From: an uncultured Pelagibacteraceae bacterium
GTDB lineage: Bacteria; Pseudomonadota; Alphaproteobacteria; Pelagibacterales; Pelagibacteraceae
DNA length: 64,000 nt
Direction of reading: 5' to 3'
NCBI GenBank assembly: GCA_902614975.1
Contig: CACMND010000005.1
Location: 34,765-98,764, forward strand
Below, one piece after another: positions 56,804 through 64,000 of the stretch. The number at the start of each line of letters is the position of its first letter. Position 1 is the first letter of the stretch. The notes under the pieces were generated by a model that was given only the letters and a program-made list of their open reading frames with translations, did not search any database and was not told the origin of the DNA. The position numbers and the translations under genes were made by a program.

Positions 56804-57371
56804 TGAAGATTTTATGTTTCAATTTATGTATTTTTAATCTCATTATATTTGGTGAATGATTATTATCGATAATATAATTTGCTAATTTTCGTTTTTTCAA
56901 CAATGTATATTGATTTTTTTTTAACTCTTTTAAAATATTTACATTATAATTTTTCCGTTTTTTTAATCTTGATACAACTTTTGATTTTCTGGTATTAATG
57001 AAGATTAAAACATCTCCTTTGTTGTTTAACTTATTCTCTATTAATAATGGAATATCTAATACAATCATTTTTCTGGTTTTATTTTTCTTTAAAAAAATTT
57101 CCATTTTTTTTCTTACTAAAGGGTGAACTACAGAAGATATTTTTGCCAAATTTCTTTTATCACTATTGATTGCTTTGATTAAATCGCTTTTTTTAACTGG
57201 AAAACTTTTAATCAATTTAGGCAATTTTTTTTTCAAACTAATAAAACATTTTCTATCTTTTTTATAAATTAATTTCACTTCTTCATCCGCATTAAAAACA
57301 GGGTATTTAAAAAGCTTAGCAATAAAAGATTTACCAGAACCAATTCCACCCATGACTGCAATTCTAATCAT
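56784..57371 (-). CDS. coaE: dephospho-CoA kinase
   Basis: 195 aa; P-loop GGIGSGKS, position between dnaQ and aroE-side genes. Confidence 0.85.
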   Translation of the reverse strand: MIRIAVMGGIGSGKSFIAKLFKYPVFNADEEVKLIYKKDRKCFISLKKKLPKLIKSFPVKKSDLIKAINSDKRNLAKISSVVHPLVRKKMEIFLKKNKTRKMIVLDIPLLIENKLNNKGDVLIFINTRKSKVVSRLKKRKNYNVNILKELKKNQYTLLKKRKLANYIIDNNHSPNIMRLKIHKLKHKIFNERNSS

Positions 57372-57377
57372 TTTAAA

Positions 57378-58118
57378 TTATATGCATCTTCCACCATCGA
57401 CCTCTAATATAGTCCCTGTTATCATACTTGCTTCGTCGGAGCATAAAAAACATGCTGCATTACCCATATCTTGAGGAGTAGAAAATCTTCCTATTGGAAT
57501 AGTTGATAAAAATGACTGTTTTTTTTTAGGAGTATTACCGCCCATAAAAGACTTTAACAATGGGGTAATTCCAGCAACTGGGGCTATAGCGTTAACTCTA
57601 ACATTATAAGGTGCTAACTCAATCGCCATAGCTTTGGTAGCAGTAATCATCCAGCCCTTGCTTGCATTATACCAATTCAACTTGGGTCTTGGTGACAAAC
57701 CTGCTGTTGAAGCAACATTTAAAATAACTCCTTTTCTTTTTTTTTTCATTTTCGGAACAAAAAATTTTCCACAGTAATAAACTGATTTAGCATTCACATT
57801 AAATACATTATCAAATTCTTTTTCGTTTACTAACTCCATAAATTTTGGCTTATGTGTTATTCCTGCATTATTAACCACAATATCTATATTACCATGTTTT
57901 TTATATGCAAAGTTTAGTAAAGATTTAAAGTCAATACTTTTAGATACATCTGCAACAAAATGATCTTGGAATAAATTATTTGAAGTTTTTTTTAATAGTT
58001 TTGAGTTTATATCTACCATTATTAATTTAGCACCCTCTTCTGTAAATTTTTTTGCAATTCCTTTTCCGAATCCAGAAGCTGCGCCTGTTATTATTGCAAT
58101 TTTATTTTTTAATTTCAT
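57378..58118 (-). CDS. SDR family oxidoreductase (classical, FabG-like)
   Basis: 246 aa; TGAASGFGKG, NNAG, YNASK catalytic motif, VRVNAIAP. Confidence 0.85.
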   Translation of the reverse strand: MKLKNKIAIITGAASGFGKGIAKKFTEEGAKLIMVDINSKLLKKTSNNLFQDHFVADVSKSIDFKSLLNFAYKKHGNIDIVVNNAGITHKPKFMELVNEKEFDNVFNVNAKSVYYCGKFFVPKMKKKRKGVILNVASTAGLSPRPKLNWYNASKGWMITATKAMAIELAPYNVRVNAIAPVAGITPLLKSFMGGNTPKKKQSFLSTIPIGRFSTPQDMGNAACFLCSDEASMITGTILEVDGGRCI

Positions 58119-58122
58119 AACT

Positions 58123-58917
58123 TTAGTTGTTTAAAAATTTTATAACGTCTTCATCAATTACAGGTTCTATTTTATGCCATATATTAAAAGCTTTCTGGGC
58201 TTGATATAAAAACATATTAAGCCCATTTTCAAATATGTTGCCTTTTTGATTGCCTGCTTGAAAGAAATTGTTTTCATAAGGGTCATAAATCACATCATAA
58301 AAAAATTTATTTTTATTAATTTTTGTAAAATCTATCTCAAAGTTATCTTTTTCTTTAAGTCCAATGCTTGTTGCATTAATAATCATATCAAACTCTACTA
58401 AATCACCCCAATCTAATACTGATAGATCTTTAAATAAGTCTTTTAATGCTTCGGCCTTTTCTTTTGTTCTATTGCTTATAATAATGTTTCCTGCTTTCAT
58501 TCTTTTTAGAGCATATATTATAGAAGGTACTACCCCGCCAGCTCCTAAAATCATAATAGTTTTATCATTTACATCATAATTTAACTTTTTTATGCTAAGT
58601 TCAAATCCATCAATATCAGTGTTATGTCCTATTAAATTCCCGTTATCTACAGAAATGGTATTTATTGAGTTCGTTCTTAAAGCATGACCCGTCATAACAT
58701 CTATATGGGGTATTATTGCCTTTTTGAATGGTACGGTTATGTTAATACCATCTAGCTTTCCTTGCTTTAAGTGATTGCACAGGTCGCTTAATTCATTTTC
58801 ATTAACTTCCAATTTTCCATAAATAGAATCTAAATTGTTTTTTTTAATCCAATAATTATGTAACTTTGGTGACAATGAATGATTAATAGGATTGCCAATT
58901 ACTAAAAACTTTTTCAT
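58123..58917 (-). CDS. aroE: shikimate dehydrogenase
   Basis: 264 aa; GNPINHSLSPKLHN, NITVPFK, GAGGV motifs. Confidence 0.9.
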   Translation of the reverse strand: MKKFLVIGNPINHSLSPKLHNYWIKKNNLDSIYGKLEVNENELSDLCNHLKQGKLDGINITVPFKKAIIPHIDVMTGHALRTNSINTISVDNGNLIGHNTDIDGFELSIKKLNYDVNDKTIMILGAGGVVPSIIYALKRMKAGNIIISNRTKEKAEALKDLFKDLSVLDWGDLVEFDMIINATSIGLKEKDNFEIDFTKINKNKFFYDVIYDPYENNFFQAGNQKGNIFENGLNMFLYQAQKAFNIWHKIEPVIDEDVIKFLNN

Positions 58918-59516
58918 TTATAATTATATAGATACTCTTTTATTTTTTTCACTGGCAAGCCCATTATTGTGTTCTCATCTCCATCAATTTTAGTAAACAA
59001 CTTTTTACCCTCACCTTCAATTTGATATACATTATATGCGTATAGATCTTCATCTGATATTTTAGTTAAGTAAATTTTTAACTCTTCTTCTGAAAAATTT
59101 TTCATTGTTAAGTAAGCTCTGTCTGTATGATTCCATATCATTGAACCATTTTTAGATATGCAAACGGAGCTTATTAGAGAATGTTTTTTTCCATTCAATT
59201 TCTTTAATATATTTAGAGCCTCCTTTCTATTTTCTGGTTTAGAGATTAACTCACCATTTAAATCTATTACACTATCTGCTCCAAGAACCAATATCTCATG
59301 TATGTTATTACTTACCTTGTTTGCTTTAAGTTCTGCTAAATTTTTTGATATTATTTCAGGAGATGCTCCTTCTTTAAGCAAACTATGCTTTACTGGTTCT
59401 TCATCTACGTTGGATGGTTTTACTGAACAAATTATTTCATAGTCTTTTAAAATTTTTTCTCTAACCTTGCTTTTTGATGCTAATATTATTTCAACCATTT
59501 TTGTTTTGAATTTCAA
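58914..59516 (-). CDS. maf: Maf-like nucleoside-triphosphate pyrophosphatase
   Basis: 200 aa; ILASKS, GADSV, YNVYQIEG blocks; conserved maf-aroE-coaE-dnaQ order. Confidence 0.8.
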   Translation of the reverse strand: MKFKTKMVEIILASKSKVREKILKDYEIICSVKPSNVDEEPVKHSLLKEGASPEIISKNLAELKANKVSNNIHEILVLGADSVIDLNGELISKPENRKEALNILKKLNGKKHSLISSVCISKNGSMIWNHTDRAYLTMKNFSEEELKIYLTKISDEDLYAYNVYQIEGEGKKLFTKIDGDENTIMGLPVKKIKEYLYNYK

Positions 59517-60312
59517 ATATTTTAATTATTGAAGCAGCAGTTTCTTCAACAGATTTTCTTGTAACATCAATAACTGGCCATTTATTTTTCTTAAATATTT
59601 TTTTAGATTGTTCTACTTCATTTCTAATTTTATCTAAATTAGTATAATCTGATGCTTCATTTTCCTTTAAAGAATTAAGTCTATTTCGTCTAATATCATA
59701 CAACCTTTCTGCCTCTGTCGTTAAACCTACAACACACAGGGTGTTTGAATTGGATACATCAAATGGTATGCTCATTTCATTTACTAAAGGTATATTTGAT
59801 GTTTTTAAACCCTTATTGGCTAAATAAATTGAAGTAGGTGTCTTACTTGTTCGGCTAACTCCAATTAGAACAATATCCGACTCCTTAATATTTTCCGTAT
59901 TATTTCCATCATCATGATTCATTGTAAACTGTATAGCCTCAATTCTTTTGTAGTAATCATCATCCAAAACATGCTGAGCACTTGGTTGATGAGTTGCTTT
60001 TTGATTTAGAATTTTGGAAAAGTTTAAAATAAGATCTCCTAATACACCAAAGCATGGGATTTTTTTGTTATTTGCCTGCTCCGCTAGAAATTTAGCTAGC
60101 TTACTATTAACGACAGTGTACAAAATTATGGGGCTTTCTTTTTTTTTTGCAATATCCAATATTGTTGAAATTTGATTTTCAGTTCTTGTAAATGAATATT
60201 GGGATAAATCATAATCAAAATTGTTAAATTGAGCCTTTAATGCCATAAATATTCTATCGAGGGTTTCACCTGTCGAGTCAGATATCAAGAAAACTTGATG
60301 TGTATTTTTCAT
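59491..60312 (-). CDS. pyruvate,phosphate dikinase / PEP synthase regulatory protein (DUF299 kinase-phosphorylase)
   Basis: 273 aa; VFLISDSTGET and IGVSRTSKTPTS motifs. Confidence 0.85.
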   Translation of the reverse strand: MKNTHQVFLISDSTGETLDRIFMALKAQFNNFDYDLSQYSFTRTENQISTILDIAKKKESPIILYTVVNSKLAKFLAEQANNKKIPCFGVLGDLILNFSKILNQKATHQPSAQHVLDDDYYKRIEAIQFTMNHDDGNNTENIKESDIVLIGVSRTSKTPTSIYLANKGLKTSNIPLVNEMSIPFDVSNSNTLCVVGLTTEAERLYDIRRNRLNSLKENEASDYTNLDKIRNEVEQSKKIFKKNKWPVIDVTRKSVEETAASIIKIFEIQNKNG

Positions 60313-60354
60313 GTATAACTATTGTATAAATTAAGTGTTAAGTAAGAAAAACAC

Positions 60355-60442
60355 TAGATTTAAAAATCTAAAGCCTTTTTCTTAAAATTTTAACAATTTA
60401 ATTAACATTTTTGTTAATGTTAATAACTTATTAACAATTTAA
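60355..60442. promoter_or_regulatory. cluster of palindromes and direct repeats in the divergent 281-bp intergenic region upstream of hemE
   Basis: The region contains TAGATTTAAAAATCTA (60355-60370, perfect 16-bp palindrome), ATTAACA-N4-TGTTAAT (60401-60418) and TGTTAATAA-C-TTATTAACA (60418-60436, perfect 19-bp palindrome). A 12-bp direct repeat TTAACAATTTAA sits at 60390-60401 and 60431-60442. There are five TTAACA/TGTTAA hexamers in 47 bp. Confidence 0.3.
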
Positions 60443-60593
60443 GTATCTATTGAAATGATCAAATAAGCTAATATTTAAGGGAGTTTTTTTTTTTAAATAT
60501 AAATAAACAGTGAATAAAGTGTTGAAATTGGGTAATTTACGTTATCTACAATTCATACTAATAATAAATCTAAATATAATTATCTTATTATAA

Positions 60594-61595
60594 ATGACAC
60601 CAATAAAAGAATGTTTGATAAATAAGAAAACAAATCTCAATCCCATATGGTTAATGAGGCAAGCAGGAAGATATCTACCTGAATTCAGAGAAATAAGAAA
60701 GAACAATACAAATTTTATAAATTTATGTCTAAATTCAAATCTTTCAGAAGAGATAACACTTCAACCAATAGAAAGATTTGATTTTGATGCTGCTATTATT
60801 TTTTCTGATATACTAATGATACCTTTTGGACTTGGGCAAAGTGTAGAGTTTAAAAAAAATTTTGGACCAAGTCTTGGGAATATCTCATTAGATAAATTAT
60901 CAGAAACTAATGAAGCCATCTTTACAGAAAGATTATCACCCATTTATAAACTGTTACAAAATCTAAGTAGAAACAATAAATTAATTGACAAAGATTTGAT
61001 TGGATTTGTAGGTGCACCTTGGACTTTACTTGTCTACATGATTAACAAAGTATCACCAAAGAATGGTTTATCTAAAGATTTTTTTAACAATAAAGAGTTA
61101 ATTCATAGTTTATTAACAATTATTGATAAATTTATCAAAATACATATAAAAAACCAAGTAAATGCAGGTGCAACTTTAATACAAGTATTTGATAGTTGGG
61201 CAGGTTTAATTACAGATAAATTCGATCAATATTTGTATAACCCGACATTATCAATAGTGGACTACACTAGACAGCTTGGTGTACCAGTGATTTGTTTTCC
61301 TAGAGGTATATCTAATTACTCTGAATTTTGTAAGATTGTAAACCCAGACATGGTCAATATAGATTACAGTGTTGATCCAAAAGAATTAATTAAAAAAGTC
61401 CGTATACCTATCCAGGGTGGATTAGATCCAAAAATTTTATTAACTGATAAAGAAAATTTACGAAACAAAACAACAAAATATTTAGAAATTTTTAAAAATC
61501 ATCCATATGTATTCAATTTAGGCCATGGTATTCTCCCCCAGACAGAAATAGAAATGGTAAAAGAATTAGTAAAAATAGTAAGAGATTTTAAATAA
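60594..61595 (+). CDS. hemE: uroporphyrinogen decarboxylase
   Basis: 333 aa; PIWLMRQAGRYLPEFR signature, IIFSDILM, FDSWAG. Confidence 0.95.
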   Translation: MTPIKECLINKKTNLNPIWLMRQAGRYLPEFREIRKNNTNFINLCLNSNLSEEITLQPIERFDFDAAIIFSDILMIPFGLGQSVEFKKNFGPSLGNISLDKLSETNEAIFTERLSPIYKLLQNLSRNNKLIDKDLIGFVGAPWTLLVYMINKVSPKNGLSKDFFNNKELIHSLLTIIDKFIKIHIKNQVNAGATLIQVFDSWAGLITDKFDQYLYNPTLSIVDYTRQLGVPVICFPRGISNYSEFCKIVNPDMVNIDYSVDPKELIKKVRIPIQGGLDPKILLTDKENLRNKTTKYLEIFKNHPYVFNLGHGILPQTEIEMVKELVKIVRDFK

Positions 61596-62584
61596 TGGAA
61601 GACCACCCAAAGATTAAATTTGGTAAAACCGGAGCCTTAATAATAAATCTAGGGACCCCAGATTCAACAAAGTGGCTAGATATTAGAAAATATTTAAAAG
61701 AATTTTTATCTGACAGGAGAGTAATAGAAGTAAATCCAATTTTATGGCAAATAATTCTAAATACTTTCATTCTAAATTTAAGGCCTTCTAAAACGGCTAA
61801 AGCCTATAAGGAAATTTGGATGAAAGAAGAGGACATGTCACCTTTGTTATATTATACCAAGAAACAGACTGAAAAAGTCTCGAAACTAATATCGAATGAC
61901 AATCTTATTGTAGATTTTGCAATGAGATATGGAAACCCAAGCATTAAAAGTAAAATAAAAAAATTGCAAGAAAGTGGATGTGAAAATCTTATAATTTTAC
62001 CTCTGTACCCTCAATACGCTGCAGCAACGACAGCAACAGTATGTGACGAAGTTTACAGGACATTAATGAAAATGAGATGGCAACCTTCCTTAAAGATTGT
62101 ACCACATTATGAATCAGATCCCTTATATATCGATGCTTTAGTAAATTCAATAAATAGTAAAATAGAAAAGATTAATTGGAAACCAGATTTAATTTTAGCA
62201 TCTTATCATGGTATACCTAAAAAGTACTTTGATAAAGGTGACCCATATCACTGTTATTGTCACAAGACTTCAAGACTTATCAGTGAAAAATTTAAATCAA
62301 TTAAAATTAAAACCACTTTTCAGTCTAGGTTTGGACCTCAAGAATGGCTACAGCCATACACGGATAAAACATTAGAGAGTTTGCCTAAAGAAGGAATAAA
62401 AAATATTTTAGCAATATGTCCTGGGTTTTCATCTGACTGTGTAGAAACGTTAGAAGAAATATTGATCCAAGGAAAAGAGAGCTTTTTAGAAGCAGGTGGT
62501 AAAAACTTTGATATGGTTCCCTGTCTAAATGACAATGATGATCACATTAAACTTATAAATAATCTTATACATAAAAGTATTTAA
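61595..62584 (+). CDS. hemH: ferrochelatase
   Basis: 329 aa; LINLGTPDS, LPLYPQYAAATT, SYHGIP, FQSRFGPQEWLQPYT. Confidence 0.95.
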   Translation: MEDHPKIKFGKTGALIINLGTPDSTKWLDIRKYLKEFLSDRRVIEVNPILWQIILNTFILNLRPSKTAKAYKEIWMKEEDMSPLLYYTKKQTEKVSKLISNDNLIVDFAMRYGNPSIKSKIKKLQESGCENLIILPLYPQYAAATTATVCDEVYRTLMKMRWQPSLKIVPHYESDPLYIDALVNSINSKIEKINWKPDLILASYHGIPKKYFDKGDPYHCYCHKTSRLISEKFKSIKIKTTFQSRFGPQEWLQPYTDKTLESLPKEGIKNILAICPGFSSDCVETLEEILIQGKESFLEAGGKNFDMVPCLNDNDDHIKLINNLIHKSI

Positions 62585-62587
62585 ATA

Positions 62588-63110
62588 ATGGAAGATTTAA
62601 TTATTTATTCATCAACCGATGGACAAACTAAGAAAATATGTGAAACAATAAAAGCCCATATTTCATCGAACAATAATTTTAAAATAATTTCATTGAACGA
62701 AGCATTGAATGTCAATTTGGAAAAATGTAAAAAAATAATATTAGGTGCAAGCATTAGATATGGTAGACATAATAAAAATGTTTTAAATTTTGTTATTAAA
62801 AATAAAAATATTTTAAATTCAAAAAAAACTGCTTTTTTTTTCTGTTAATGTCGTTGCCAGAAAAAAAGAAAAAAGTACGCCAGAAACAAATCCTTACGTA
62901 ATTAAGTTTCTAAAGAAAACAAATTGGAAACCAAGCAAGCTATCTGTGTTTGCAGGAAAAGTTGATTATCCAAATTATAACTTTATTAATAGAAATGTTA
63001 TAAGATTTATTATGAAGATTACTAAAGGCCCAACAAATATTAATAATTCATATGAGTTTACAAATTGGGAGAACGTAAGGAAATTTGCGAAAGAAGTAGA
63101 AAATCTTTAA
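62588..63110 (+). pseudogene. hemG: menaquinone-dependent protoporphyrinogen oxidase HemG (flavodoxin-like), interrupted by a 1-nt frameshift
   Basis: ORF 62588-62848 (LIIYSSTDGQTKKI...GASIRYGRH...KKTAFFFC*) continues in the +1 frame as SVNVVARKKEKSTPETNPYVIKFL...YEFTNWENVRKFAKEVENL* (stop 63108-63110). The frames join at the T9 run 62833-62841, and T8 would give AFFSVNVVARK, collinear with E. coli HemG (AFYSVNLVARK). Confidence 0.75.
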
Positions 63111-63139
63111 ATATAAGTGTTTTTTTAGTTAATCTGGGG

Positions 63140-63168
63140 TTGAAATTATTATGTCAAATTACTATATT
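63140..63168 (+). promoter_or_regulatory. candidate sigma70 promoter of rho
   Basis: TTGAAA-N17-TATATT, about 30 nt upstream of the rho ATG; such matches arise easily in AT-rich DNA. Confidence 0.3.
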
Positions 63169-63198
63169 ATAAATATCTAAAAAAAAAATCCCTACATT

Positions 63199-64000
63199 AT
63201 GAATATTCAAGAATTAAAAGAAAAAAGCTCTGAAAAACTTATTACAGAAGCCGAAAATTTAGGCATAGAAAACGCGAGCACTTTAAGAAGACAAGAAATT
63301 TATTTTGCGATTTTAAAAAAATTAGCTGAAAAGGGTGAAGAAATAACAGGCGGTGGTGTTCTACAACTATTACAAGACGGCTTTGGTTTTCTTAGAGCAA
63401 TAGAATCAAATTATTTACCTGGTGCGGATGATATTTATGTAAGCCCAAATCAGATAAGAAGATTTGGATTAAGAACAGGGGATACTGTTGAAGGACCAAT
63501 TAGAGCTCCAAAAGATGGAGAAAGATATTTTGCACTTTTGCAAGTTAGTAAAATAAATTTTGAGGAAACAGATAAATTTAAACATAAAATAGCTTTTGAT
63601 AATTTAACCCCACTATATCCAAACAAACAATTGGTTATGGAAGTTGAAACAAATAAAGTAGAAAAGAAAGTTGATTTAACGCCAAGATTAATTGATTTGG
63701 TAAGCCCAATAGGAAAAGGTCAGAGATCATTAATTATATCTCCACCTAAAGCTGGTAAAACTATGATATTACAAAGTATAGCTAACTCAATTACAGCAAA
63801 TCACCCAGAGTGTTATTTAATGGTTCTTTTAATTGATGAAAGACCAGAAGAAGTCACAGATATGCAAAGAACTGTTAAAGGAGAAGTTATAAGCTCTACT
63901 TTTGACGAACCAGCTCAAAGGCACGTTGCAGTTGCAGAAATGGTAATTGAAAAAGCTAAAAGATTAACTGAGCATAAAAAAGATGTAGTTATACTCTTAG
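63199..64000 (+). CDS. rho: transcription termination factor Rho, N-terminal two-thirds (3' end outside window)
   Basis: Own translation from ATG 63199: [14 protein letters not shown]...LQDGFGFLR...[16 protein letters not shown]...[19 protein letters not shown] (Walker A); open-ended, so absent from ORF track. Confidence 0.95.
   Translation, partial: MNIQELKEKSSEKLITEAENLGIENASTLRRQEIYFAILKKLAEKGEEITGGGVLQLLQDGFGFLRAIESNYLPGADDIYVSPNQIRRFGLRTGDTVEGPIRAPKDGERYFALLQVSKINFEETDKFKHKIAFDNLTPLYPNKQLVMEVETNKVEKKVDLTPRLIDLVSPIGKGQRSLIISPPKAGKTMILQSIANSITANHPECYLMVLLIDERPEEVTDMQRTVKGEVISSTFDEPAQRHVAVAEMVIEKAKRLTEHKKDVVILL

Noticed and set aside
60478-60593. Possible hemE promoter TTGAAA ... TACAAT near 60524-60555
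   Set aside because: The spacer would be 19 nt, and alternative -10 hexamers give 15 nt. In DNA this AT-rich such matches are not informative without TSS data.
1-64000. CRISPR arrays, IS elements or transposases, prophage, toxin-antitoxin or dedicated defence or secretion islands
   Set aside because: No regularly spaced direct repeats, no transposase, integrase or recombinase-like ORFs, and no terminal inverted repeats were seen. Every ORF above 100 aa except two (28352-29257, 31713-32342) has a plausible housekeeping or metabolic family assignment.

Overview
The window is AT-rich (about 30% GC by eye) and very gene-dense, with spacers mostly 0-100 bp and many overlapping stop/start codons. 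The gene order is typical of a streamlined alphaproteobacterium and looks like SAR11/Pelagibacterales; that assignment is an inference from composition and synteny, since no search was possible.

Almost everything is core housekeeping. In window order:
- An alpha-hydroxy-acid oxidation cluster (FAD oxidase, aminotransferase, two tandem FMN dehydrogenases).
- ccmCDEFGH cytochrome c maturation genes, then hspQ, yciB and argG.
- A photolyase-family cluster.
- tesA/ybbAP, folD and hemCD, tsaD.
- acs next to a DUF4212 + Na/solute symporter pair.
- rpe, purH, one tRNA-Gly(GCC), ftsK-lolA.
- Two tandem type IV pilin genes and a TRAP transporter.
- hisBH(A)FE, hslVU, then the conserved smr-tim44-fxsA-secB-dnaQ-coaE-aroE-maf array.
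- hemE-hemH-hemG and the 5' part of rho.

I found no rRNA, CRISPR, transposase, integrase or recognisable defence or secretion island, and no convincing self-contained novel multi-gene system.

Items worth follow-up:
1. A photolyase homologue whose domains appear to be in reversed (circularly permuted) order. It sits in a cluster with an Fe-S (6-4)-photolyase-like gene, an unlisted DUF2256 zinc-ribbon mini-ORF, a Cys-tailed mini-protein and an SDR lacking its catalytic Tyr.
2. Two genes (a PQQ sugar dehydrogenase and hemG) each broken by a single extra base in a homopolymer.
3. A poly-A/poly-Lys N-terminal extension on acs.
4. Tandem pilins with identical N-termini but saturated synonymous divergence.
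5. A matched pair of sigma32-like promoters placed almost on the start codons of hspQ and hslV.
6. A dense TTAACA palindrome cluster upstream of hemE.
7. Small unlisted ORFs and a structured intergenic hairpin.

All functional calls rest on motifs and family resemblance I recognise by eye, not on database searches.
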